Shown: one piece after another, positions 37,600 to 47,365 of the stretch
Numbering within the stretch: the first letter of the stretch is position 1
Layout of the letters: each line of letters starts with the position of its first letter
From: an uncultured Collinsella sp.
GTDB taxonomy: Bacteria; Actinomycetota; Coriobacteriia; Coriobacteriales; Coriobacteriaceae
Assembly (NCBI GenBank): GCA_900541725.1
Contig: UQLB01000005.1
Coordinates: 37,717 to 101,716, forward strand
DNA length: 64,000 bases
Reading direction: 5' to 3'
Notes under the pieces: model-generated
Seen by the model: only the letters and a program-made list of their open reading frames with translations
Databases searched by the model: none
What the model was told of the DNA's origin: nothing
Program-made: the position numbers and the translations under genes

Positions 37600-38259
37600 C
37601 TAAGAAAGCGTGAGCAGCTCCGGCAGCTGGTCGATAATCTTGTCCGCGGCATCCTGGCTAAAGCCAAAGCGCTCCTCGCGCTTGGCAATGACCGTCAGGC
37701 CGGCTCGCTTACCCGCGGTAATGCCCGGAACGGAATCCTCAACGCAGCAGCAGCGATTCGCGGGCAGCCCCAGCAGGTCCAGCGCATGCAGGTAGATGTC
37801 GGGCTCGGGCTTGCTCTCCTTAAACTGCTCGCCGCTCACCACATACTCAAAGGCATCCGACAGCCCGCATGCGTTGAGCACTTCCTCGATGCTAACCATG
37901 GGCGACGAGCTGGCAAGCGCCACGCGAACGCCACGGCGCGGCAGCTCTCGAATCGTATCCACGGCGCCTGGGTTAATCAAAGCCTGATAGTCGCGCGGAC
38001 GCTTATGCGCCCACTCGTCCCAACGGGCCAACGCTTCCTCGCCAGTGAAATGCCCCTTACCGGCGCGCTCAAACCAATCGACCAGCAAATGCAGGAAGAA
38101 CTGATGCGAGGTACCAACCTGCCCATTCAACTCCTCTTGAGTCAGGTTAAGCCCAAGCTCCTTGGCAAACGCGGCAGTCTCGCCCAGGTAGTAATACTCG
38201 GTATCGACAATGACGCCGTCCATGTCAAAGATAACGGCGTCGAACGGAAATACGGACAC
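37600..38259 (-). CDS. HAD-IA family hydrolase (phosphatase/beta-phosphoglucomutase-like)
   Basis: GTG start at 38259 after GGGAGGG SD. AVIFDMDGVIVDT motif I. Confidence 0.8.
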   Translation of the reverse strand: MSVFPFDAVIFDMDGVIVDTEYYYLGETAAFAKELGLNLTQEELNGQVGTSHQFFLHLLVDWFERAGKGHFTGEEALARWDEWAHKRPRDYQALINPGAVDTIRELPRRGVRVALASSSPMVSIEEVLNACGLSDAFEYVVSGEQFKESKPEPDIYLHALDLLGLPANRCCCVEDSVPGITAGKRAGLTVIAKREERFGFSQDAADKIIDQLPELLTLS

Positions 38260-38322
38260 GGCACCCTCCCTAACAAAAGGGCGCCCGCAAGCGGACGCCC
38301 GAACCATGCATTATCGGCGATT

Positions 38323-39165
38323 CTAACCCAGCAGCTTATCCAGCGCCACCGCAATACCGTCTTCGTTGTTATTGGCGGTCACCATCTGGGCTACAGCCTT
38401 AACCTCATCGACGGCATTGCCCATGGCAACACCAGTGCCGGCCCACTCAATCATGGACTTGTCGTTCTGTCCGTCGCCAAACGATACGACCTCGCTGGCA
38501 TCGATGCCGAGCTTGGGCAGGGCACCCTCGAGCGCACGGGCCTTGTCGATACCGGGCGCCGTAAACTCGAAGTACCAGTCGGCCGTAAACATACCCGAAA
38601 GCGTCTGAGTAAAGGGCGCGTACATCTCCTCGTGATGCGCTTGCAGATAGGCCGGGTCGCCCGCAGTGAGTAGCTTGTCCACAGGATAAGCGTCAGCGAC
38701 CTCATGCAGGCTCTCCACCTCGCGGATCTTAAGATCGCACGCATCGCGCTCATACTTGACGATATTCTTCTGCGAGCCGTCAGGCAGCGTGATCATGCAA
38801 TGATACGAGTCCTCGACGTGTAAATCGCGACCGAGCGAAATCATAGGGATCACGTCAAAATTACGCAGGTGATCAATCAGGCGATGCAATTCGTCGGCAG
38901 GCATAGCCTGATCGAACAGCACCTCGTCGGTCTGGGCATCGACGACGTGAGCGCCGTTAAAGGCCACCAGCAGACCGTCATGGTTTTGAAGGTCGAGCTC
39001 CTGTGCCAAGGCGTGCAGCCCCCATGCGGGACGGCCCGAAGCCAAAATGAGCTTAATGCCCGACTCCTGCGCCGCGAGCAGCTTCTCGCGCGTACGCGGG
39101 CTAATCACTTTCTGGTCGTTGGTGAGCGTACCGTCGATATCCATTGCGATGGCTTTGATTGCCAT
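38323..39165 (-). CDS. Cof-type HAD-IIB sugar phosphatase
   Basis: Start at the ATG at 39165 after GGGAGG SD (MAIKAIAMDIDGTL). C-terminal GDGQNDKSM. Confidence 0.8.
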   Translation of the reverse strand: MAIKAIAMDIDGTLTNDQKVISPRTREKLLAAQESGIKLILASGRPAWGLHALAQELDLQNHDGLLVAFNGAHVVDAQTDEVLFDQAMPADELHRLIDHLRNFDVIPMISLGRDLHVEDSYHCMITLPDGSQKNIVKYERDACDLKIREVESLHEVADAYPVDKLLTAGDPAYLQAHHEEMYAPFTQTLSGMFTADWYFEFTAPGIDKARALEGALPKLGIDASEVVSFGDGQNDKSMIEWAGTGVAMGNAVDEVKAVAQMVTANNNEDGIAVALDKLLG

Positions 39166-39772
39166 ATATGCCTCCCTGTCATTGAACAACCTTGTCTGAG
39201 CCATCATACAGAACACCCACCGCGACTCCGTTTGCAACGGGCAAAAAGTCATATATTGTCTCAAACATGGACGGGACGCCATCTCGGGGCTCAGTCGTTC
39301 CAGCCCAAACGCCGAGCCACCACATGCAAAGCTAACGACGCTAAACGCGGCCGCCCCACTGACCTCATTTCATCCCGGAGAAAAAATTTCAAAATTAGTT
39401 CTTGTCAAATCAGCAAAACGAACGTAATTTAAAGATGACCGCTCCGGTGGTCATCGTTTGATCGAGCATATTCAGTTTCAGTTTTCAGCGTGTAAGAGAA
39501 AGAAGATCGGCAAAGTACAACCCCAAACGCAATGACAACTTAATGAGGTAACTGCCGCATGTGAGGCACCCAGGGCATTGCTGTCTCGATTTTGAGCACG
39601 ATGCCTTCCGCCTTGCATGGGCCGTTCCATCCCGCCCCTGCAGCAACTGCCTCACGGGCTCATTGAAAACCGCATAGCACCCCAACGTCAGCACATCACC
39701 CACGGCAAGCACATCACTCACGACAACCAACACATCAACAAACAGCACGAACATCAACCGATTGGAGAAGCT

Positions 39773-39982
39773 ATGACAAACCACCACGCTGAAGACGGCG
39801 AAAAGAAAAGCATTCTGGATGCCCGCATTGAGCGAGCATATGCAAACGAATATGACGCCGCCTTTGCCGCCGCGACCATCAAGAACTACGCGTCGCTACC
39901 GCTCGCGACGATCTTGGCCGACCGCCCTCAACTGCTGAAGCGCTGCACAAAGATCATGGGGACCCCGACATTCGCAAGTTGA
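39773..39982 (+). CDS. Small hypothetical protein (about 69 aa)
   Basis: ATG after GGAGAAGCT. First ORF of the inserted block. No recognisable domain. Confidence 0.35.
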   Translation: MTNHHAEDGEKKSILDARIERAYANEYDAAFAAATIKNYASLPLATILADRPQLLKRCTKIMGTPTFAS

Positions 39983-40662
39983 CAGACCCCTATGCCCCAA
40001 AACGCGACAACGATTCGTACGTTCTTACCGTAGGCTGCCTAGCCCATATGCTTACGGCGCTCGACACGAAACTCAAGCTCAAATGGGAACCCGACGAGCG
40101 TCATGAACTCGAAAGCAAGCGGAACACCCTGCGCACCGCACTGTTCCTTCCGTTGGACGGCCTCAAGCGCTGCAACGTCGAGCTCAATACACGGGCGCGG
40201 CAAAAGCCCGGGACCACGGGGCAGAAAACTCCAAGACCCCATGCGGCCATCGTCGACCGCAACCGATATAACCGCATGACCGCGCACTTTTCTGCCGAGG
40301 GAGCAGCCATAAGGACGCTGATCGACCTGCTGTGCCTCCTGAGCATCAACGAGCTATTTGAGGGCTATCTCGCCCTTGTTCCCGCGACGGCACCCAAGTC
40401 GGTAGCAAAGATCATCGAGACCTGCAGACGCCAGTTTGAGCGCCATCGCAATGGCAGCGAGATGAACGCCAGCATCGCGCAGTACTACGCGGCTCATTAC
40501 AAAAATGACGGATGTGCCCCTGTCGAGCATCAGCTGCGGCTCGCCTACACCACGCCCGCCGCAACGCTCTATCGCTTTGGAGCCCTTGGCGCTTGCGAGC
40601 CGCACGAACAGGCAGCCTGCCCCACAACCGAACTCGATCTCAGGCTCGGACGAACCCTGTAG
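39979..40662 (+). CDS. Hypothetical protein (227 aa)
   Basis: ORF with possible TTG start overlapping the upstream stop. No motifs recognised. Confidence 0.45.
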   Translation: MTDPYAPKRDNDSYVLTVGCLAHMLTALDTKLKLKWEPDERHELESKRNTLRTALFLPLDGLKRCNVELNTRARQKPGTTGQKTPRPHAAIVDRNRYNRMTAHFSAEGAAIRTLIDLLCLLSINELFEGYLALVPATAPKSVAKIIETCRRQFERHRNGSEMNASIAQYYAAHYKNDGCAPVEHQLRLAYTTPAATLYRFGALGACEPHEQAACPTTELDLRLGRTL

Positions 40663-40728
40663 CCCGCCAGCCCCTCCGCGGGCAACAATCCTATTCCTCC
40701 ACAACACAACCAACAGAAAGGAGTCCTC

Positions 40729-41346
40729 ATGGACACCAATCATTCCCCCATCATCAGCCCCCTCACCATGCGTGAATCCGCCCGAGGCATCACGCTCACC
40801 AGCATTTACGATGAGATGCTCGCCCGTCGCGAGCTCTCCGTCATGGGAAACATCGAAACCCCGATGGTTCACGACCTATGCCAGCAGATCCGCCTGCTCG
40901 ATGCCACCGACCCCAGCCGTCCCATCACCATATTTGTCGCCAGCGCCGGCGGAAGCGTGCGATCGGGTCTTGCGATCTATGACGCCATGCGCCTCGCATC
41001 GTGCCCCATCCGCACCGTCTGCCTGGAATTCGCCGCGTCCATGGGCGCCGTGATCTTTATGGGCGGCGACGATCGCCGTATGGCGCCCCATGCAGAGCTC
41101 ATGATTCACGACCCGCTGATCCCCCAGGGGGCAGGCGGCTCGGCACTTGCGCTGCAGGAAACCAGCCGGCGTCTCATGCAGACCCGCAAGACCCTCACGC
41201 AAATCCTCTCGGACCGCAGCGGCCTCACGCCCAAGCGCATCCAGTCCCTCACTGCAAAAGACACCTACCTTTCGGCCGAGCGCGCCGTCGAGCTCGGCTT
41301 TGCCCACGAAATCCTCTCGACCACCAAGGAGGTCGCCCATGTCTAA
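40729..41346 (+). CDS. ClpP-like (S14 family) serine protease, stand-alone
   Basis: 205 aa. EFAASMGAVIFMGGD (catalytic Ser in the AASMG motif) and MIHDPLIP (His, equivalent to ClpP IHQPL). AAGGAG SD. Confidence 0.8.
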   Translation: MDTNHSPIISPLTMRESARGITLTSIYDEMLARRELSVMGNIETPMVHDLCQQIRLLDATDPSRPITIFVASAGGSVRSGLAIYDAMRLASCPIRTVCLEFAASMGAVIFMGGDDRRMAPHAELMIHDPLIPQGAGGSALALQETSRRLMQTRKTLTQILSDRSGLTPKRIQSLTAKDTYLSAERAVELGFAHEILSTTKEVAHV

Positions 41347-42643
41347 CCTCGCCAGCCGCCTCGCCGCATCTGAGTCCGCATTGTCCACCATCCTCGCCAA
41401 GGATCGAACGCTTTCCTGCGACACCCGCCAAACGGGACTCAACAACAATGCACTTGTGATCGGCCCCTCGGGAGCCGGCAAGACCCGAAACGTCCTCAAG
41501 CCCAACCTACTGCAAATGAACGCAAGCTACATCGTGCTCGACACCAAAGGCACGCTCTGTCGCGAAGTGGGACCCGTGCTGGCAGCCCACGGTTACCGCG
41601 TGCAATGTCTCAACTTCGCCGACCTCAACACCGTCCCGGCCCTTGCGCCCGGCATCGAGCGCTGCGGCTACAACCCCCTGAGGCACATTCGCCGCAAGGC
41701 GGACGGCAGGCCCAACCAGCAGGACATCCTCTCGGTGGCAAAGGCCATCTGCCCCATCGAGGACAACAACCAGCCTTTTTGGGATCATGCGGCGGCAAAC
41801 CTGCTGTCGTGTCTTATCGCCTACGTCACCGAACAGCTACCCGCCGACGAGCAGACGATCAGCTCGGTCATCAAGCTGATCGAGCACCTGCAGGACGGTG
41901 CCACGGGTCGATTGTTTGACGACCTGATCACGACCGACCCCCAAAGCTATGCCCTCTCGCTATGGCGGCGCTACGCCATTACGCAAAATGCCGAGCGCAT
42001 GCACGCGAGCATCGTCGGCATCCTTGCCGAAAAGGTCATGTGTCTGGGATTCGACGGTGCGGCACAGCTCTATCGTGAGTGCCATCAGGTGGACTTCGCT
42101 TCCATGGGACACACCCCCTGCGCCTTGTTTGTAACCGTGAGCGATATTGACCGCAATCTCGATCCGCTGACCGGCCTCTTTATTTCGCAGGCGTTTATGG
42201 GCCTCATTCGTGAGGCCGATAGGCAGCCCGACGGCAGCCTGCCCGTGCCCGTGCGCTTTATGCTCGATGACTTCGCAAATCTGCAGATCCCCCAGATCGA
42301 CAACGTGCTCTCGATTATCCGAAGCCGCAACATCTGGGCAGCGCTGCTGCTGCAGTCCACCAACCAGCTCGATGCGCTCTATGGCGAGGCACGCGCACGC
42401 TCCATCATGGGCAACTGCGACACGCATCTGGTGCTGGCGTTCCAGGATCCCGAGAGTGCCCGGGTGTTTTCCGACCGCGCCGACGCGCTGCCCAGCACGC
42501 TCATGGCGACGCCGATTGATCGCTCGTGGCTCTTTGTACGCGGTCGCACTCCCGAACAGGTCGAGCGCTTTAGGCTCGAAGACCATCCGCTCTACGGGGA
42601 GCTGCCCGAGGCGCAGCGAGGCCATGCGGAGGCCGAGATCTAG
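41339..42643 (+). CDS. VirD4/TraG/TraD-like type IV coupling-protein-family ATPase, soluble (no N-terminal TM segments)
   Basis: Start ATG overlaps the ClpP-like stop (ATGTCTAA). Walker A GPSGAGKT. MLDDFANLQIPQIDNVLSIIRSRNIWAALLLQSTNQLDALYGEA matches the TraG-D_C/T4CP signature. 434 aa. Confidence 0.7.
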   Translation: MSNLASRLAASESALSTILAKDRTLSCDTRQTGLNNNALVIGPSGAGKTRNVLKPNLLQMNASYIVLDTKGTLCREVGPVLAAHGYRVQCLNFADLNTVPALAPGIERCGYNPLRHIRRKADGRPNQQDILSVAKAICPIEDNNQPFWDHAAANLLSCLIAYVTEQLPADEQTISSVIKLIEHLQDGATGRLFDDLITTDPQSYALSLWRRYAITQNAERMHASIVGILAEKVMCLGFDGAAQLYRECHQVDFASMGHTPCALFVTVSDIDRNLDPLTGLFISQAFMGLIREADRQPDGSLPVPVRFMLDDFANLQIPQIDNVLSIIRSRNIWAALLLQSTNQLDALYGEARARSIMGNCDTHLVLAFQDPESARVFSDRADALPSTLMATPIDRSWLFVRGRTPEQVERFRLEDHPLYGELPEAQRGHAEAEI

Positions 42644-42721
42644 GCGCAGGGTTCTCGCAGCGCGCGGCGCCCCGGCGATGTTCCACAAAGGCCGTGCGCC
42701 CCGGGACCACGGCAAAGCAAA

Positions 42722-42752
42722 GGGGCCCGCATCCGATAGGATACGGGCCCCT
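42722..42752 (-). terminator. Rho-independent terminator downstream of pgi
   Basis: GGGGCCCG(T/C)ATCC-tatc-GGAT(G/A)CGGGCCCC hairpin followed by TTTGCTTTG on the minus strand. Confidence 0.6.
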
Positions 42753-42784
42753 GACTATAAGACGCGATGCGTTAACAGCAGCGA

Positions 42785-44479
42785 CTACTTGCGATGCGCG
42801 CGGTAGAACTCGATGAGCGCCTGGGTCGAAGCGTCCTGCTCGGCCTTGGCGGCGTCGTCGTGGAAGGCAGGGGTGATCTGCTTGGCAAGCTGCTTACCCA
42901 GCTCGACGCCCCACTGGTCGTAGGAGTCGATGCCCCAGACCGTGCCCTCGACAAACGTGATGTGCTCGTACAGGGCAATGAGCTCACCGAGCGCGAACGG
43001 GGTCAGCGTGTCGCCGAAGATCGAGGTCGTCGGACGGTTGCCCTCAAAGCAGCGGGCCGGGACGATCTGCTCGGGCGTGCCCTCGGCACGAACCTCGTCG
43101 GCCGTCTTGCCAAAGGCGAGCGCCTTGGTCTGGGCCAGGAAGTTGCCCAGGAACAGCTCATGCACGTCCTGGCCGCTATCGGTCGCAGGGTTGGCAGTAT
43201 TGGCGAAGGCGATGAAGTCGGCCGGAACCACCACAGTGCCCTGGTGCAGCAGCTGGTAGAAGGCATGCTGGCCGTTGGTGCCGGGCTCGCCCCAGAAGAT
43301 CTCGCCGGTATCGGAGGTCACAGCGCTGCCGTCCCAGCGAACGTGCTTGCCGTTGGACTCCATGGTGAGCTGCTGCAGGTAGGCCGGGAAGCGGTGCAGA
43401 TACTGGCAGTACGGAAGCACGGCGTGGCTCTTGGAGCCGAAGAAGTTGACGTACCAGACGTTGAGCAGGCCCATCAGCGCGACGGCGTTGCTCTCGAGCG
43501 GCGTGTTGCAGAAGTACTCGTCGATGGCGTGGAAGCCCTCGAGGAACTGCTGGAAGCGCTCGGGGCCGAGCACGACGATCAGCGACAGGCCCACGGCGGA
43601 GTCGACGGAGTAGCGGCCGCCGACCCAGTTCCAGAAGCCGAAGGCGTTGGCGGGGTCGATACCGAAGGCCTCGACCTTCTCGAGTGCGGTGGAAACGGCG
43701 ACGAAGTGCTTTGCCACGGCCTCGGCGTTCTGCTCCTCGGAGCCGTCGATGGCGCCCTGAGCCTTGAGCTGCTCGAGCATCCAGGCCTTGACCTCGCGAG
43801 CGTTGGTGAGGGTCTCAAGCGTGGTGAAGGTCTTGGAAACGATGATCACGAGCGTGGTCTCGGGATCGAGGCCCTTGAGCTTCTCTGCCTGATCGTTGGG
43901 GTCGATGTTGGAGATATAGCGGCAGTCGATACCGGCGTCGGCGTAGGGACGCAGAGCCTCGTAGGCCATGACCGGGCCCAGGTCGGAGCCGCCGATGCCG
44001 ATGGACACCAGGTGCTCGATCTTCTTGCCGGTAACGCCCTTCCACTCACCGGAGCGAACGCGCTCGGCGAAGGCATACATGCGGTCGAGGACCTCGTGCA
44101 CGTCGGCGACGACGTCCTGGCCGTCGACGATGAGCTGGCCCTTCTCGGTTGCCGGGCGGCGCAGCGCGGTGTGCAGAACGGCGCGGTCCTCGGTGGTATT
44201 GATGTGCTCGCCGGAGAACATGGCGTCGCGGCGCTCCTCGAGTTTCACCTCGCGGGCAAGATCGCACAGCAGCTTGACGGTCTCATCGGTCACCAGGTTC
44301 TTGGACAGATCGAAGTGAAGGTCGCCAGCGTCAAAGCTCAACTTATTCACGCGGTCGACATCGGCGGCGAACCAGGCCTTGAGGTCGATGCCCTCGGCCT
44401 CGAGCTTCTCCTGATGGGCCTCGAGCGCCTTCCAAGCGGCGGTCGACGTAGCGTCGATAGGTGCGGCAACAGTTGCCAT
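42785..44479 (-). CDS. pgi: Glucose-6-phosphate isomerase
   Basis: Start at the ATG at 44479 ([19 protein letters not shown]) with GAGGAGG SD. Full-length PGI motifs ([23 protein letters not shown]). Confidence 0.95.
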   Translation of the reverse strand: MATVAAPIDATSTAAWKALEAHQEKLEAEGIDLKAWFAADVDRVNKLSFDAGDLHFDLSKNLVTDETVKLLCDLAREVKLEERRDAMFSGEHINTTEDRAVLHTALRRPATEKGQLIVDGQDVVADVHEVLDRMYAFAERVRSGEWKGVTGKKIEHLVSIGIGGSDLGPVMAYEALRPYADAGIDCRYISNIDPNDQAEKLKGLDPETTLVIIVSKTFTTLETLTNAREVKAWMLEQLKAQGAIDGSEEQNAEAVAKHFVAVSTALEKVEAFGIDPANAFGFWNWVGGRYSVDSAVGLSLIVVLGPERFQQFLEGFHAIDEYFCNTPLESNAVALMGLLNVWYVNFFGSKSHAVLPYCQYLHRFPAYLQQLTMESNGKHVRWDGSAVTSDTGEIFWGEPGTNGQHAFYQLLHQGTVVVPADFIAFANTANPATDSGQDVHELFLGNFLAQTKALAFGKTADEVRAEGTPEQIVPARCFEGNRPTTSIFGDTLTPFALGELIALYEHITFVEGTVWGIDSYDQWGVELGKQLAKQITPAFHDDAAKAEQDASTQALIEFYRAHRK

Positions 44480-44602
44480 AGAGTCCTCCTCAACATACGG
44501 GCGCATACCTCCATGCACCCGGATAATCAGACGCCCCTATTCTAGCGCAGGTCAAGACCGTAATCAGCGAGCGTTGCCAATCCGCCCCCAAACGGCGACC
44601 GA

Positions 44603-44672
44603 CCAAAAAGGGACAGGTTTATTTTGGCAGGTCAAACGCTTTACCAACCAAAATAAACCTGCCCCTTCCTGG
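44603..44672. repeat. Inverted repeat (approximately 25-nt arms, CCAAAAAGGGACAGGTTTATTTTGG / CCAAAATAAACCTGCCCCTTCCTGG) forming a long hairpin. Likely terminator of the 44679..45263 gene.
   Basis: Arms 44603-44627 and 44647-44672 with 3 mismatches. The left arm begins with an 18-nt motif that recurs at 45333-45350. Confidence 0.55.
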
Positions 44673-44678
44673 CGGGTA

Positions 44679-45263
44679 TTAGGCCGCGGCGCATACGCTG
44701 CCGAGCAGCTCGCGCAGAGGAGACCCAATACCCTCAAGCAGTTCGGGAGCGATAATGGCAAAAACGGGAACCTCGCCGGCTCCCACGACGGCAGGCACTT
44801 TGCCCTCCGAGACAATACATCCATAAGGGACAAAACCGTCTTCGCCGGCATCGAGCGCCGCCATGCGACGGGCGAGTTCGCGCGCAAAGCCGGCAGTATC
44901 GGCATCGCCAATCGCCAAGACAAAGTCCACACCTTCGTCGGTCGCCAGGGCCACGGCTTCGTCGATCAGCTCGTCTCCCCCATCGCCAACCGAGCCGCAG
45001 CGGAAAAGCACGCGCTCGAGCAGAGCTCGATCAACCGAGCCGAGTGCCGCCGAAACGAGCTCATCGCGCGTATGTTTGTCACCGCCCAGCACGACCAGCG
45101 CCTTGGTGCCACCGTAGTGAGCGACCAATCGTCCGCACCAGCGAGCCACGTCTCCATCCGCAACAAGGCGCGTCGGCATACCAAACCCATAATTGACCAT
45201 CTTTCCCACAACCCTTCCGTGCGTATAGGCGGTATCAATCGTTAGGCTCATGCTACGAAGCAA
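44679..45263 (-). CDS. Hypothetical protein (194 aa), possible nucleotide-binding alpha/beta fold
   Basis: Gly-rich segments (GGTKALVVLGGD, SVGDGGDE, AIGDADT). Divergent from the SOS-regulated polymerase gene. Confidence 0.45.
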   Translation of the reverse strand: MLRSMSLTIDTAYTHGRVVGKMVNYGFGMPTRLVADGDVARWCGRLVAHYGGTKALVVLGGDKHTRDELVSAALGSVDRALLERVLFRCGSVGDGGDELIDEAVALATDEGVDFVLAIGDADTAGFARELARRMAALDAGEDGFVPYGCIVSEGKVPAVVGAGEVPVFAIIAPELLEGIGSPLRELLGSVCAAA

Positions 45264-45349
45264 GGTTTTCCGAGCTGTTTCGCGCTCTTTAGAGCTGCGT
45301 TAAAACCCGATGCAGCCGCACGACCATACCTGCCAAAAAGGGACAGGTT

Positions 45350-45408
45350 TTGACGATGTCCGGACGAGCGCGTATTATCGAACATGTATTCGTTAAGAAC
45401 ATGTGTTT
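45350..45408 (+). promoter_or_regulatory. Sigma-70-like promoter (TTGACG-N17-TATTAT) with two LexA/Cheo-type SOS boxes immediately downstream
   Basis: -35 at 45350-45355 and -10 at 45373-45378. CGAACATGTATTCG at 45379-45392 and GAACATGTGTTT at 45397-45408 match the Gram-positive CGAAC-N4-GTTCG consensus. Confidence 0.6.
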
Positions 45409-45421
45409 GATGGGAGGACGC

Positions 45422-46927
45422 GTGGGGCACGAGCGTCACACCTATATCTGCATCGACCTCAAGACGTTTTACGCCAGCGTCGAGTGCGTCGACCGCGGGC
45501 TCGACCCGCTCACCACCAACCTGGTCGTTGCCGACGAATCGCGCGGACGCACGACCATCTGTCTCGCTATCACGCAGGCCATGAAGGACCTCGGAATCCA
45601 TAACCGCTGCCGTCTGTTCGAGATTCCCGACGGCATCGACTACATCAAAGCAGTGCCGCGCATGCAGCACTACATGGAGGTGTCGGCGCAAATCTACGGT
45701 ATCTACCTGGAATATGTCAGTCCGCAAGACGTTCACGTCTACTCAATTGACGAGTGCTTTATCGACGTGACGCCCTATCTGGACCTCTACCATACCGACG
45801 CTGAAATCTTCGCCTGTATGCTGCGTGACGAGGTCCTGGGGCGCACCGGCATCACGGCAACGGTCGGCATCGGCCCCAACCTATTCCAGGCCAAGGTGGC
45901 ACTCGACATTACCGCCAAGCACGTACCCAACCGCATCGGCATACTCGACGACGAGACGTTCCGCAAGGAAATCTGGCCCCATCGCCCCATCACCGACATC
46001 TGGGGTATTGGCCCCGGCGTGGCGGCGCGTCTCGAAAAGTACGGCGTCTACGACCTGATGGGCGTCGCAGCCCTCGACGAGAACCTGCTCTATGACGAGC
46101 TCGGCGTCAACGCCGAGTACCTGATCGACCACGCTTTTGGGCGCGAACCGACAACCATCGCCGACATCCAGGCCTATCGCCCCCAGGCAACCTCGACCAC
46201 GACCGGACAGGTGCTCTCGAAGGGCTATGCCTACGAACAGGCCTATACGGTGTTGCGCGAGATGGTCGATGCAGCCGTACTGGACCTGGTCGACAAGCAC
46301 GTGGTGTGCGACAGCATCTCGCTCTTTGTGGGCTATGCAAGCGAGCGCGCCGATATCCGCCGGCTCGATGCCAGCGGCACAGCGCAATATATCGACGGCT
46401 GCGGGCACCTACGCTCAAGCACCTCGGGAATCGAGCCGACCGCAAGCGATAGCCCCGAACTTGCACCCCGCGCGCCCAAGCCCGTCCAGCGCGACGACGA
46501 GCGCCGTCGCATGGTTCGCGAGGCGCAGGCGATTGACGGCATCTTCGTGGGCGAGCACGGCGGAAAGCCGCGTGGCGGTTATGCCGCGCTCTTTGCCCAT
46601 TCCAATGCGTCTCGAAAGCTACCCGAACGAACCAATTCGTTTAAGAAGATCATGGGCTACTTCGATGACCTGTGGGCACAGACCGTCGACCCCAAACGAC
46701 CTGTCAAACGTATTAACCTGGGCTTCGGAAACCTTATGCCCGAAGAGTTTGCCACCATCGATTTATTTAGCGATGTCGAGGCCGACGGACGCGAACGCGA
46801 CCTGGCCCGCGCCGTGCTGGCCGTAAAAGGCAAATATGGCAAGAACGCCCTGGTCAAAGGACTGAGCTTTACCGCAGGCGCCACCGCACGCGAACGCAAC
46901 GACCAGGTTGGGGGACATCGTGCCTAA
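45422..46927 (+). CDS. Y-family translesion DNA polymerase (UmuC/YqjW/UvrX-like)
   Basis: GTG start after GGGAGG SD. YICIDLKTFYASVECVDRGLDP N-terminus, palm/fingers motifs, little-finger domain. Confidence 0.85.
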   Translation: MGHERHTYICIDLKTFYASVECVDRGLDPLTTNLVVADESRGRTTICLAITQAMKDLGIHNRCRLFEIPDGIDYIKAVPRMQHYMEVSAQIYGIYLEYVSPQDVHVYSIDECFIDVTPYLDLYHTDAEIFACMLRDEVLGRTGITATVGIGPNLFQAKVALDITAKHVPNRIGILDDETFRKEIWPHRPITDIWGIGPGVAARLEKYGVYDLMGVAALDENLLYDELGVNAEYLIDHAFGREPTTIADIQAYRPQATSTTTGQVLSKGYAYEQAYTVLREMVDAAVLDLVDKHVVCDSISLFVGYASERADIRRLDASGTAQYIDGCGHLRSSTSGIEPTASDSPELAPRAPKPVQRDDERRRMVREAQAIDGIFVGEHGGKPRGGYAALFAHSNASRKLPERTNSFKKIMGYFDDLWAQTVDPKRPVKRINLGFGNLMPEEFATIDLFSDVEADGRERDLARAVLAVKGKYGKNALVKGLSFTAGATARERNDQVGGHRA

Positions 46928-47345
46928 ACCCAAGCAACAGCCCATGCGCCCGCCGACCGCCTTTGAGCGTCTGGCCGACCCCGAGGGTAGGCGGCGATCA
47001 GCCGACCCCAAACGTACCGCCAACGGCGCCGTCCGCGCCAACCGCGCCGCACAGTTTATGCCATTCGCCGCTCTCACGGGATACTACGAGCTCGTACGTA
47101 AGCAAGAGATTACCGTTGAGCCCAAATGTGAGCTGACGGAAGAAAAAGCCCTCGAGCTTTCAAATAAGCTCGAGGGCCTCAAGCGTGGCGACCTGGTGCG
47201 TGTCACCTATTACGATACGTATGGCTATCGTAGCCGCACGGGCATTCTCGACGAGGTGCTTCCCGCGTTCAAACTGCTCAAACTCCGGGACATCGCTATC
47301 AAATTCGACGACATCCAAGACATCGAGCTGCGCGGTCGCGCCTAG
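46908..47345 (+). CDS. YolD-like protein (UmuD-equivalent accessory of Gram-positive Y-family polymerases)
   Basis: Overlaps the polymerase 3' end. Conserved GDLVRVTYYDTYGYRSRTGILDEV core. Start ambiguous (TTG/GTG/ATG candidates). Confidence 0.55.
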   Translation: MGDIVPKPKQQPMRPPTAFERLADPEGRRRSADPKRTANGAVRANRAAQFMPFAALTGYYELVRKQEITVEPKCELTEEKALELSNKLEGLKRGDLVRVTYYDTYGYRSRTGILDEVLPAFKLLKLRDIAIKFDDIQDIELRGRA

Positions 47346-47365
47346 GCGCAAGCGAACGCATGACC

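Noticed and set aside
37537-38673. 378-aa plus-strand ORF spanning the two HAD genes
   Set aside because: It crosses two independently supported minus-strand genes and an intergenic region. No motifs.
42794-44545. 583-aa plus-strand ORF opposite pgi
   Set aside because: pgi on the minus strand is full length with SD. The plus ORF is a Gly/Leu/Val/Asp-rich shadow.
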